From Anthoceros angustus (Eukaryota; Plantae; Anthocerotophyta), in assembly GCA_010909165.1 (NCBI GenBank), contig MU008189.1, positions 558,001-622,000 of the forward strand: a DNA stretch of 64,000 nt. Direction: 5' to 3'. Below, piece after piece: positions 1 to 12,566 of this stretch. The position numbers were made by a program, and so were the translations under genes. Position 1 is the stretch's first letter. Every line of letters begins with the position of its first letter. The notes under the pieces are model-generated. The model was not told the DNA's origin. It saw only the letters and a program-made list of their open reading frames with translations, and searched no databases.

Positions 1-697
1 GGAGAGTCGGAAGGAGGGCCCTTTGCACCGAAAATATTGCTTCTCTGGAGAGGCTTGAAGGCCACGCATCCCTTCCCTAGAAGAGGAAAAGGAGGCATGG
101 CTTCCTAGCCTCAAAATGGAGTCCCTAGCCCACCTCACGAGACCTACAGGGAAGGCCCCTCCTCATCACTCGAGAGAGGTTTCTAGAGTCCCATTAAAAG
201 CAGGAGGCCAAAATTTGGGCGAGAGAGGGCCCAACTCCCGAGGAAGGCCGAGCCAAGGCCTCCATGGCGCAAACCCGGTGCCTCCGAAGGCTCACGCAAA
301 TGATGCATTCAGCCAAGTCACCGTCGGTGCAGATTCAATTTATTGGGGCCTATGATGAAGTGCATAAGTTGCCTATCAAAATTTCTCAAGCTTGATAAGA
401 AGGCGGGGATGGAGCAAGTCACGGTAAGATAACTCGGCCTTCACGAGCGGGAAGACAAAATACCAAACGCAACCTAAGGGTCCCCAATTTGTGAAAGATG
501 TCCAATCCGAGCCACATCGCTCTTCTTGGAGAAATAATATCCCCTGGATAGTGAAGAGGGGTGGATTAAGGGACCACACTTATCGACCTTAACCCTTAAT
601 CCCCATATGGGAGCTCTAAGGAGAATAGATCAAAGGCAGCCCACACCTTTCCCCCTAGCCTAAGGATATGGGTATCATCAGCGACAGATGGGAAAAG
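1..697 (-). mobile_element. Degenerate LINE (L1-like) RT remnant, downstream part
   Basis: The minus strand next to the Copia TSD reads ...GCT GAT GAT ACC (ADDT, the RT catalytic motif), followed by an LLRAPIWG segment resembling the YLGxP motif. Many stops and frameshifts. Confidence 0.45.
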
Positions 698-859
698 TGT
701 TAGAGAAGATTTGGGTTAATCTACACTCGATGTACATGGGGTAGAACGTTTAAGGGTTAGATAGTGAAAGGTCACTTGTTAAATACATTTAAAAGCAGTT
801 TTGACACTATTCTTAATTCAATCAGTTATTTGTTTTCCTCCTTCGCCTGGACTTTCTTA
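698..859 (+). repeat. Copia 5' LTR (162 bp, TG...TA)
   Basis: Direct repeat of 7471-7639, immediately followed by the PBS. Confidence 0.93.
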
Positions 860-1955
860 TGGTATCGAGCCTAAGCTCGCCTTTGTGCAACCCTCTGCGC
901 CATGCCGAGACGGATAATGCTCGTAAGGGGCTAGTCGAGTCGGAACATTTGCTAGCGGCCAATTAGAAACTTCTTTCACAGGGCCCCGAACTCGTTCGAC
1001 GAGACAAAGAATAGACCTCTGAAGCCAATTATCCCGAACTCGCTACGGCAATTTGAAGAGAAGCACTGGCGGCGAGGACCACGTCTGCACCTTGGCAAGT
1101 ATCACGAAATCGACACTCTATCGGGACCGTTGTAGGAGGCGAGGCCGTAATCCGGATTTGTTTTACAAGCGCGGATTTACCACCTCTGCCTTCATTCACG
1201 CCATCCAGACCATCCTCAACACCGAAGCAAGTAGCTATCTTCGGAAAAGCAGGCAATTGATCGAATTTGCGGTACCGGATCGACCCTTGCGTCAGAATCC
1301 GACTCGAGAATACTTTGTCTCGCGTGTTGCTTAACCAGGAGCTTCCCACAACTAAGGAGGTTGAAGTCTCCCATACTCTTCCGAGCCTGCGCACAGTGGA
1401 GATTGCTCAGAGCATCAAGGACGTAGCTGATTTCCTACGACAGATCAACCTCAGATTGCAGGAAACAGACGGTGGATGCTCTTAATCCCCATCCACAAGG
1501 CAGGACCTGGCTTCCTGAGCCAGCTTCCGCTGCCCCGGAGCATGGAGCGCAACGGATGGATGCTGCCAGTGGCGCTGATTCGAAGCGTCGCGATCTAGAG
1601 CGACGCCTCTTCGCGATTTCAGAGTCAGGCAGGCACGAAGAGTTTGCACCTCCGCATGCACCCTTTCACACCTAACCGGCATGGCAGCGAATTTGAGTTT
1701 GACAAATGTCGGACTGGCGTTTTGCATCTTGAGTGTCGCCACTGAGTCGGTTGATGAAGAGGTAGCACGGAAGGATCGGACACAAGCATACCTACTTCCC
1801 CTCGAGCAACCATCTTGTTCAAACTACTCCCGCATGTTAGATCTAATACTAACCTTCGGTCCTAGCTTGGTTGTTCGAGTCACGCAACTAGACATGCTTC
1901 GAGTGCGGACTTACCTCGAACTTAAACGTCATTCCTTTCATTTTCTCGAACTTGC

Positions 1956-4900
1956 ATGTCCTCCAGACTATCTGCCGCTGACATCAATGCGTTAGTAAAC
2001 CGGTTGGGACAATTGACTCTACAACCAATCCCACAAGCATCTGCCATGGCAACTTCCACTTCTAGTACCTCCTCTATACCAACGTTCACATCAGATTTTA
2101 AGGAACGAGATAAGTTCAACGGTACCAGGTACCCAGTCTGGCGCGTCAGGATGAGATCAACTCTGCTTGCTCGTGGAGTGTGGAGTGTTGTGGATGGTTC
2201 CAAGCGGGCGATCCGCAGCGCCTCGCCTCCCACATGATGATCGACTGGGATCAACAAGATTCCATTGCCCTACTGATAGGGGGTCTCGATGCCGACTTGG
2301 TCCCTGACGTGGAATTCCTGACAGATGCCTCCGCGATCTGGAGCCAACTTGAGAAGACATATCAAGTCAACAACATTCTCACCCTCTGTGCTGTTCGACA
2401 GGAGTTCTACGGGCTGAGAATGAGAGAGGGAGATAAAATGGCGACTCATACCAGCAAGTTTCGCCATCTTCGTGGGCACTCACGGCGGCTCCAGATGAAC
2501 GACGTCGACTGGCTGTGCTCACCGCCTTCCCCTTCATACCAGCCTTTTGTGACCTCTCAAAATGGTCCCATTAGAACTGCTCAAGCCGCTGGTAGTGCTA
2601 ACACTCTATCTTTTGAAGAAGTCGTGGGTGCCTTATACCAGGAGGAGCAGAGTCGACTTTCTCACGCTGGTGTCCCTAAGGGCAAAACAGAGAAAGTATT
2701 AGCAGCTGGCTTCAGACCCCAAAAGGGAAAAGGAAGATTCAGACCTGGAAACTCCACTGGGCAGAAAAACACTTCTAAGCGATCAGGCAACTGCAACTGG
2801 TGCGGTATTGCTGGTCACTGGGCAAGAGATTGTCGCAAACGAAAGGCAGGTGAGCCACAAAAGCAATCCAAGCCAAATGCGAATGTTGCTGTAAAGGACA
2901 AGCAATCTGGAGACAATGGGAAAGCTCCAGTTAAGATTCTTACAATCTGCTTATCCAACTCCTTGCACCATGATGACTCCTGGTATCTGGACTCTGGAGC
3001 CACCATGCATATCTGTAAGGATGAACAACAGTTCTTCATCCTCGACTTAACTCCAGTTAAGGAGAAGCATCTGCTAGGAGATGAGCAAAATAAGACTAGC
3101 CTCCGAATTGAGGGACAAGGAAAATGCAAGTTCAGACTCCACGACAACACTGAACTCCTATTGGAACATGTGCTTTATGTACCAAGCATGGCCAAGAACC
3201 TTATGTCCTTGAGCCAACTCCTGAAGTTTAAGACCCTCTATATGCAGGCAGACTGTAACCAATGCTCCTTCTACAAACTATCATCCCCAGATCGATGTGT
3301 TTTCAAGGGCGTACCCAAGAATGACCTGTATAGGTTGGATATCTCTTGCTCACCCTTGGACACCACGCATGCTTACTCCACTGGTGTGCAGCGAAGGAAC
3401 AGCCAACAGGAAGCTACCTTGTGGCATGCACGACTCGGACACGTCAATCGTGCTAAGCTCATTGACATGTCAGTAACAGAATGTCACAGAGAGCCCCTTC
3501 CAAAGTGTTTTAAAGACCTGTCCACTTGTGAAGCCTGCATCTTGGCAAAGCAAAAGGAGTCCCCCTTCCCGAACACACCTGCACACAGGGCTACATCTTT
3601 ACTCGAGTTAGTACATGCGGACATATCGGGAAAGGTGCATGAGCCATCTCTAGGAGGAGCCTTATACTTCTTCACTCTGACAGACGATTTCAGCCGTTAT
3701 ACATGGACCTTTCCTTTGCACCTCAAAAGTGATACATTGAGCCGGTTCCAAGACTGGCTACCAAGAGCTCAGACAGTTCCCTCCTCAAGTTCCTTGAGCG
3801 ACAACGGGCCCAATCCTTTGACACCTATCTGCAGGAGCACGGGATCCAACGTCAGCTTACAGTAAGAAAAAGAACCAGACTCTCCTAGGCATGAACCGGA
3901 GCATGCTCATATGGTCAGGGTTATCGCCAGGATACTGGGCAGAGGCCGTGGTCATAACCACTTACATCCTAAACAGAGTACTTACAAGTTCTGTGCCTGG
4001 CAAAACTCCATATGAAGTATTCTGGCGCCGGAAGCCGAGCCTCCTTCACTTGCGTGTTTTTGGCTCTAAGGCCTATGCGGACATTCCTGCTGAGAGACGC
4101 AAGAAGTTGGAGCCCCGTGCACAGAGCCTGATATTTATGGGTTATGGGGAAACAACGAAAGCATAAAAGCTTTATGACACTGCAACAGGATCCGTGGTTC
4201 TAGCTAGAAGTGTCACATTCCTCGAGCTCCCAGCTCCAGTTCACATAATTGTTTCAGCTTCTGAGGGAGCACACAACCCCGAAGATGTCACATCACCTGA
4301 TATCATCCCAGATGTACCTCCTGGCATTTTCCCAGATGACGAGGGCTGTGGAGGATGATGACCCATTGTTAAATCCTGTTCCTGACCCTGTTCATGAGGA
4401 GCCAAACCCTCCAATACAGGCTAACAATGGTGGTGACACTCCCCAAGCCCCACCAGCAGATGCTGATCATCAGACTATCCCTCAGGATCTTGTTCCTGTT
4501 GCTGAAGGAGCCCCTCGACGATCCACCCGTAATCAACCCCCTCCAGACGAGTGGCAAGAGCCCCGCTACCAATCTGTCGACTTCAGATCTTCTTCATATG
4601 CTACACCTGAAGCCCTGTTTGCTAAATCCTCTGACTTACCAGAAGAACCCACCAACCTTAAACAAGCTCCGGCCCTGAACATCTGCAGTGGAAGGCTGCT
4701 GTGGAGGATGAATACCAGTCTCTTATGAAAAACAAGACCTGGGTTCTAGCAGACCTCCCACCTGGACGTAAGCCTATCTCCTGCAAATGGGTCTTCAAGT
4801 TAAATTGAATGCCCAAGGAGAAGTGGCCCGCTACAAAGCTCGCCTCGTTGCCTGAGGTTTTACCCAGGTTGGTGGACTGGACTATCAGGAGACATTCTCT

Positions 4901-6681
4901 CCTGTAGTGAGGACCCAATCCATTCGAATACTTTTAGCTATGGCAACAGAATATGATCTTGACTTACAACAGATGGACGTTTGCACCGCTTACTTGTATG
5001 GTATACTTGATGAGGAGCTGTATATGCTACAGCCAGAAGCCTACCAGGACCCACAATATCCCAACAAAGTTCTCAGGCTTCTGAAATGCATTTACGGTTT
5101 AAAGCAAAGCGGTAGGGTTTGGTACTACACTATGCATGTTTACCTGATCAGTATCGACTTTGTTCAGAGCTCAGCAGACTCGAATGTCTATGTGCTCTTC
5201 AAAGGATCTTCCCTTGTGCTACTCGCCCTTTATGTGGACGACGTCATACTCGCCACAAACGACCAAACACTCTTGTTAGAGGTAAAACATATGCTCAGCT
5301 CCAAGTTCGAGATGAAGGACATAGGCGAGGTTTTACCCGAGTTGGTGGATCGACTATCGAGACATTCTCTCAGTGAGGACCCAATCCATTCGAATACTTT
5401 TAGCTATGGCAGAATATGATCTTGACTTACGGATGGACGTTTGCACCGCTTACTTGTATGGTATACTTGATGAGGAGTCAGTATGCTCTGACGAAGCCTA
5501 CAGACCCACAATATCCCAACAAAGTTCTCGAGCTTCCGAAATGCATTTACGGTTTAAAGCAAAGCGGTAGGGTTTGGTACTACACTATGCATGTTTACCT
5601 GATCAGTATCGACTTTGTTCAGAGCTCAGCAGACTCGAATGTCTATGTGCTCTTCAAAGGATCTTCCCTTGTGCTACTCGCCCTTTATGTGGACGACGTC
5701 ATACTCGCCACAAACGACCAAACACTCTTGTTAGAGGTAAAACATATGCTCAGCTCCAAGTTCGAGATGAAGGACATAGGCGAGCTGAGGTTTTGCCTTG
5801 GGATACAACTCCTCCGAATTAGGTCAAAGGGGTTAATGATCATACACCAATGCAAATACATCAATGAGATATTAAGGAAGTTTAACCTGGATCAGTGTAG
5901 ACCTTCTACCACACCCTATGCAGCTGGTATCAAACTAACTAACCAGCAGTGCCCTCAAGATGCAGCAGAAACCCATGACATGAAAGATATCCCTTACCGA
6001 CATGATGTCGGAAGCCTTATCTTTGTGGCCAACTGGACACGCCCCGACATCCAATACTCTGTCAGTACAGTGTCCCAGTTCTTGGAAAACCTTGGCCGTG
6101 CACACTGGACAGCGGTTAAACGTATATTCCGCTACCTAAAAGGAAGAATAAAGTATGGACTGTTTTACAGGAGCAGTGGTCAGTCTCAGCTTACCCTCAG
6201 TGGTTTTACGGATGCAGACTGGGCCTCAGATACAGATTCGAGAAGGAGTCTCTCCACATATTGCTTTATACTTGCGTCAGGTGCTGTAAATTGGAGCTGC
6301 AAAAAGCAGTCTTCCATAGCACTCTCCTCGACTGAGGCTGAGTACAAGTCGTTGACTGAAGCATCCAAGGAAGTGGAATGGGAAAGAAGTTTCCTAGGAG
6401 ACTTAGGACAAGACCAACCTTCCCCGACCTTGCTTCTCTGCGACAATATTTCGGCGTTGGAGTTAGTGGCCAACCCAAAATTTCATGCACGAACCAAACA
6501 CATTGAGATACAGCATCATTACATTCGAGACGCTGTTAAGCGTGGAATTATAAAGGTTGATTATATCAGTACTGAAGACAATACAGCCGATATCTTGACT
6601 AAAGGGCTTCCTAAATTAAAGCACTATCAGCACATGGCCGGACTAGGCTTACATGACTTTACAGCCTATTCCAGTCAGTAG
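1956..6681 (+). CDS. Copia gag-pol polyprotein (frameshifted in this sequence)
   Basis: KFNGTRYPVWRVRM (gag N-terminus); CNWCGIAGHWARDC zinc knuckle; WYLDSGATMH protease; LWHARLGH...CEAC; VHAD integrase; QMDVCTAY and LYVDD RT; TDADWA, TEAEY, CDN and ADILTK RNase H; stop at 6681. Confidence 0.92.
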
Positions 6682-7470
6682 GAGACTTATCTAGCTGCAG
6701 GGGAGGATGGATCATCTCATACAGTACTCGAGAGATAGCCCTTCCAGCTGCGGTCAAGCACCTCTAATCTGTCACAAGATACAGTGTTCAGTATATCTCT
6801 ACTTGTACAGCTTTATAAAGGGAGCGTGACATGATGCTCGTAAGTGACAATGGCGAAGCGGATGAAGCAACAAGCCTACCTAATCGCATGGCACTACTCA
6901 CAAATTGTTCCTCTCTTCCTTCAGATCAGCCAGAAGTCTCAGAGTCTCTCTCAAAGGCCACAGAAGATTTTCTTCTTCACCCACGTCTTCAGGGAGCTTC
7001 CAGTTCTCACCCTTGACAGGATTTGTGAGTTCTGGCCTGTTCCAGCAAAGACAGGCGCTGACGCAGATTTGGTATCCCCCGATTGTGACTTGCGCTCCCA
7101 TGGAGTGGCGTTCGACCCAGTCTTCGTCGTCTGCTGGCGTTGTCTTGCTGATGTTCCTTGTCTTCTCCCCTCGGACAGCCTTCTTTTGTCTAGCAGCAGA
7201 ATACGTCCTCCCGCTCCTGGTCTTCATCACGGCCGTGAGAAGGACGGTGATGTTGAAGATGATAAGCTCGAGTATCGCCATGCTTGTGGCCATATGGACA
7301 GCCATGGCGAGTCCTTATGAAGCGAGGGAGCTGGACGTTCTCGAGCGTAAGTTTTGAAGAGTAATGGGGCGTGCAGGCACAAGGGAGCTGTGGATTCCAC
7401 GTGACAGAAGGGACTATACAAGCTGAAGGCGGAGATTTACCGTCTTAACCTCGTGTAGCTTAAGAGGGAG

Positions 7471-7639
7471 TGTTAGAGAAGATTTGGGTTAATCTACACT
7501 CGATGTACATGGGGTAGAACATTTTAGGGTTAGATAGTGAAAGGTCACTTGTTAAATACATTTAAAAGCAGTTTTGACACTATTCTTAATTCAATCAGTT
7601 ATTTTTTTTTCCTCCTTCGCTCCGCTCTGGACTTTCTTA
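7471..7639 (+). repeat. Copia 3' LTR (169 bp, TG...TA)
   Basis: Preceded by the PPT and followed by TSD AAAAG. Confidence 0.93.
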
Positions 7640-7644
7640 AAAAG

Positions 7645-8200
7645 TTTGTATCCTTAGTGTTCAAAGAGGGACGTGAGGCTAGCTCCTAGAACTCAATGAT
7701 AATGCCCATCATATACCCTGTTATAGTGCCGTATTTAGTTCAGTGAACTAAGCCTCTCTCCTTCCTTTCCATCATTACTCAATGCCTATGACTACATATA
7801 TGCTTTCAAGTCCACTACTACTCATTACACCACTTGCTCTGTTGGCAAGGCAGCAAAACTAAAGGACTTTTCCCCCGGTATCTCCATCTAGGCCTATCTC
7901 AACAATTGCTCTAGCAACTCTAGAATAAGTTTTCTTACCAAGGCCTGTAACGTTTCAAACTGAGCTGCCATGACCTCCATCTCCTATATCACTAGGAGCA
8001 AGGGCTCCTGTTCCTGTGGACAAGTGGCTCGCTCCACAAATTTAACATCCCCTCACTTTGCAATCTCAACGGAGACCTTTCCCGACTGGTCAACCTAACT
8101 CTTCTCTCTGGGGAGGGACTTCTGTGAATCCTCGCTCTCTCTCTCTGGTGTCGATACTACCTCCAATTCTTACGAGTCTCTGGTCTTTGCTGGCATAGAG
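7645..8200 (-). mobile_element. Degenerate LINE RT remnant, upstream part
   Basis: Minus-strand GLDG and VDLKAY-like RT motif remnants leading toward the ADDT motif on the other side of the Copia. Confidence 0.35.
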
Positions 8201-8899
8201 TAGCAAGTGAGCCAAGATGGGGAGAGAGACGCTTGCCAAGAGTAGAGTCTAACATTGATGGCAAGCGACATTACGGTCCTGCCGGCACGTCTTTACTTCA
8301 GCTGGCTGGTCCCCCCCTGATGCCGACATTCACCCCAAGAACCCTTACTTTCATTCTTTATCATTTTGTCCTGAACAGCCAGATATCTAATGATAGATTT
8401 ATCAAGCTGACCTACAACCACCTAAAATCACCTACATACAACCACGTACTCTTTACAAACACTTGTACTTTCTATTACAATGAATGCAACAAACACTTGG
8501 AGCAATTGTTTGATTCTTATCAAAGGCTGCATAGGGGCCTTTGATTCACTCAGGTTGGGAGGGCATGCCTCATTTTTCCTTGTTCCTCGAGGATGGTTAG
8601 CGAGGGCCTCAAGCCTCTCTCTGCAAGAAGCAATATGGGCAGCCGCAATATGCCGTTCTTTTAGACTCCTCCATTCTTCGACCCTCACGTGCTCACCTTC
8701 GCTCTTGCTCGGAGAAGGGAGGAGGTTTTTGGCTTCTAGCCGACCTTGCATCCAAGCCTTTGAATTGCACCGGCTTTTTTTTCTACCATAACGAGGTTTT
8801 GCATGGGCTTGGTCTAACCTCTGGCTTGTTCTCTCTTGATGTACAACTATGGCCCCCTTAACGACTATGGGACCCACTTAGATCGTTGTTCAACTAGTG

Positions 8900-9400
8900 G
8901 GAAGCACATCCTTGAGGAAGGAACCACATCCTTGAGCTCGCTGAAATGGTTGCCATGGAGATAATGTTGAAAGCATTCTCCACATCGACCTGTAGGGCAA
9001 CTAGTGTGGAGCCCCATGCAAGATAATAATCCCTCCCAATTGTGTGGATTTATGAGTTTTAGGCCAACCCAGGGGGTTCATGAGGACATGCCCGCAGATG
9101 TGAATTCCGTGTAGGGGCTATTACAACTTGAATGTTGTCTGCAACAATTTTTGGTCCCTCTCGAATAAAAAATAAGTGGAGAGAAATGTTATTGAGCAAA
9201 GTGCGCTCACAAGTACATGCAGGAAGGTCATGCTCTTATTCCCCTAGTTAGCTAAACTCATGAGGCCATGGGAAAGGATTTTTCGAGGTTTATCAAGGGC
9301 TGTACGAAGACCTACCACATCCATAAGAACGAGGTAGCTCTGTCCCTGTCCTTTCTTTGTAGTGGCTTTCTTTCGCCAACGTTTTTTTCCACTCCCTTAT
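8900..9400 (-). mobile_element. Degenerate non-LTR retrotransposon RT fragment (CRE-like)
   Basis: The minus strand near 8960-9020 translates ALQVDVENAFNIISMATI, resembling the LxVDxxNAFN motif of CRE-clade RTs. Otherwise decayed. Confidence 0.4.
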
Positions 9401-9809
9401 AGAGGGCGTTGGCAAATGCAATTTTCATAACAACTTCGAATGCGGATGACACGGCATCTTTAGCTCCTGTAGAAAATAGGCCCTTCCTTATCGCAGCCTA
9501 CGACATCTTGGGAGCAATACATAATTTTGAATAAACAATAGCGAAAGCTAATCCCATGGCCCCCCTAGTGGGTTGTTCCTCACCCCCGGGTGTAGATGGG
9601 ACTTCCCCAATCTCTGCATTTTTATAAAGTCTCCATATTCCCCCTTTCACGAGCTGTATCATACGAACATCAGCATTCCACTGAATCAAGTTAGTCATTT
9701 AATTTATACCAATTCAGAAGCGCATTTGCACAAGCGCATGACTGTACGTCGCTGAGAGCTTCCTTATCTTCTTCATCAGCTGAGCTCAAGGGGGGAGTGA
9801 AGGCGAGCA

Positions 9810-10813
9810 ATGGCCATGGCCGCAGCCATGAATGTGGCTGCCTGCGTGCCCGTCGCGGCGCGTGGCGTGCCGACGCAAACGGCATCCACCTCCACGGCTC
9901 TGAAAACCCACCTCTCCAGCAGTATGTGGGGCTCCAAGCCCCTGGTGCTGTGCACGAGACGGCCTCAGATCAAGGCCTTTGCTACCTCCGTGCGTACGGC
10001 CCCTGTTGCCGGTCTGCTGGACGAGCCTGAAGAGACAGAGGAGGAGATCGAGGCCGCCTACCGAGCGCTCTACGGGCCTCCATTTGGGGCTGGGAAGTCG
10101 CAGAGGGAGAGGGAGTCCGGGGAGGATGATGATGAGGAGGGTGGACGACGAGGGAGGCGAGGTAGAGGAGGGGACGACGATAGGGAGCGGGGCGGGAGAG
10201 GCCCACGAGGTCCCAAGGACCTGGAGGAGCGGGTGGTGCAAATCCGGAGGGTGACCAAGGTGGTGAAGGGAGGCAAACAGCTTTCCTTCCGGGCTGTAGT
10301 GGTTGTCGGGGACAAGAAAGGTCGGGTTGGAGTGGGCGTGGGCAAGGCTAAGGAGGTGATCAACGCTGTGCAGAAGTCTGCCCTGGATGCCAAGAGGCAT
10401 ATGGTCACCGTCCCCATGACCAAGTACCTCACGTTTCCCCACAGGTAACAGCCGGCTGGCAACCTGTAGGGTTTCTTCTTCCGAAGGTTGAATGCACATT
10501 GTTGTACTGAGTTGCTCGGTTCCATAAGCACGAGTGATGCTGACAAATGGATTACACTTCCAGGGCTGAAGGTAGGTTCGGAGCTGCCAAAGTGATGCTC
10601 CGACCAGCCGCCATCGGAACTGGAGTCATTGCTGGAGGCTCTGTGAGGGTGGTGTTGGAGCTGGCTGGAGTTGAAAACGCCCTGGGCAAGGAGCTTGGCA
10701 GCAAGAACCCTCTGAACAATGCACGAGCAGTGCTGGAGGCTGTGTCAGGCATGAAGCAGTTCAGGGATGTGGCACGGGACCGCGGGATCCCCATGGAGGA
10801 GCTCTGGAAGTAG
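9810..10813 (+). CDS. PRPS5: Plastid 30S ribosomal protein S5 (uS5c), nuclear-encoded, 2 exons (9810-10444, 10564-10813)
   Basis: Ala/Ser/Thr-rich transit peptide; [37 protein letters not shown]; a GT-AG intron restores [19 protein letters not shown]; ends [10 protein letters not shown]...MEELWK*. Confidence 0.97.
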
Positions 10814-11762
10814 GCTGGCATTCAAGGATTGCTTTCAAATCTTTCCACACTAACTCGTGTAGATCAAGCATCCTAGAAAAAACTCTGGCCTGACAAAGGC
10901 TTCCTGGGGCGCTTATGGACTCCCAAACCTGTCACCTAGTCCTTGCTTGGGCAAGGAGAACGCGGAGATACATTTCCCAGCTGTCGTTAGGACGGAATTG
11001 TTTTCAGGCAGAGGCGTCAATCAGTACACTTGTAGGGGTTTAGGGTTTAGAGCCTCCCACTTCTGTCAAGTTGCTCATGTACAGGCTTGCTGCTGGAATT
11101 GAGGAGCCTCTGTGGCCTCAGATACGATCCTAGAGATGGCTCCATTTTTCCTGGGTATGACACGCCTTCACCCCCGGACTTTCACTTTTTCTTTCCTTCA
11201 CTTAGTTTTCCTTAATACTGATCACGGAATCACTACTAAGTAACTGCCAACCGTGAGCAAGTTTTACGCCCACCCTCCAGACAGCCAACGCCGTCCGTGC
11301 CCATGTGAATTGCCTAAGAGGTCAGTTTGTAGACGGAAGATATCATGATGTGAACACAATAGGTTCAAACGATTGGTTCATTTTCCCCTCATGTATGCTA
11401 CTTGTTGTGGTGGAGGTGTATGCTCCCAGGAGACGACACTTAGCGACTCCTTGTGCACGCCATCTGGCTAACCCTCTGCGGCTGACCAAGGAAAAGCTAA
11501 CACCATGACACGCCATTCTACTTGACGTCTGGCTCCGGATAATCGTGATGCCTTAAATGCTCACATCAATGTCACATTCAGCAGGATTTCGCAAGCAACT
11601 CTCAGACTTCACTTCCAAGTTCCTCGGTCGGAGTTCCCCAACTTTTGCTGATTTGTTTCTGTAGTGCTCTTGCCGTGACTCTGTGCGCAGCAGCAGTCTC
11701 CTACTTGAGTCATTTGGTGCACTTGATCTTCGATTCGTCTTCTGCATTCCACCATCTGCTAC

Positions 11763-12069
11763 AATGGCCAGAACGAAGAAGACGAAAACCACTGGCAGGG
11801 CCTCCGCTGTGGCCAAGAACAAGATGACGAGTCCGCAAGTGAAGTTCACTGATATGCGAGCAGCCAGCTCGGAGAGAATGGCCGTACTCAGGGCCAAAAT
11901 GGGAGAGAAATTGGTGCGGTTGAACGCCTCCATGCTGCTCGCCTTCTCCAAGATCCGTCATCCCGTGAATCCAGTGAAGCGCGTTGCGGCCAAGGAGAGG
12001 TCTAAGGAAATGAAGCAAGCTGCCAAAGGTACATTTCAGAAATCGAGCGAGTTCATGTGTGCGACATAA
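11763..12069 (+). CDS. Small basic hypothetical protein (about 101 aa)
   Basis: ATG in a good context (ACAATGGCC); open Lys/Arg-rich frame starting MARTKKTK; no recognisable domain. Confidence 0.4.
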
Positions 12070-12566
12070 TATTGTTTTTACGTCTGACGCTTGTGGCTCG
12101 TGTCTATGAAAACTGTATGACTCGTCGCACATAGCACCTCCTAACTTCGTTCGGTTGTGCTTCAAACGTTTGCAGAAAGGAAGAAGCAGCAAGTAGCCAT
12201 TGCCGCAAACGTGGCATCCGCCAAGCGAGCTCGCATTCGTGAGAAGAGAGCTGTACAGATGGATAACGTCTTGCACTAAACAGGATTTGCTCCTTGGGAT
12301 GTCCTCTCTCTCTCTCCAAAGGGTCTAGACCTTGTACATAAAAGAGCTCTAGAGTTGATGTAATCTTGCAGAGCCCTACCGCTTTGCGAGGTCTGCAGGC
12401 TGAACGGAGAATGAAATTTTAAGCTAGAATTTGCAAGGTTAGGTTCTGCGGAATATGCTCTTTTATTGATGTATCGCGTGTAAAAGTGCTTACTTTGACC
12501 CTTCTTGTAATAAACACCGAAGCCAAAACTTGGCTTCAACATTTAACCTCTCTATTGCGACAAGGG

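Larger units (their letters stand above)
698..7639 (+). mobile_element. Full-length Ty1/Copia LTR retrotransposon
   Basis: Near-identical LTRs at 698-859 and 7471-7639; TSD AAAAG at 693-697 and 7640-7644; PBS TGGTATCGAGC at 860 (Met-i type); PPT AAGAGGGAG at 7462-7470; domain order gag-PR-IN-RT-RH. Confidence 0.96.

Noticed and set aside
11763-12069. Histone H3/CENH3 call for the MARTK ORF
   Set aside because: No histone-fold sequence downstream in any frame I could find.
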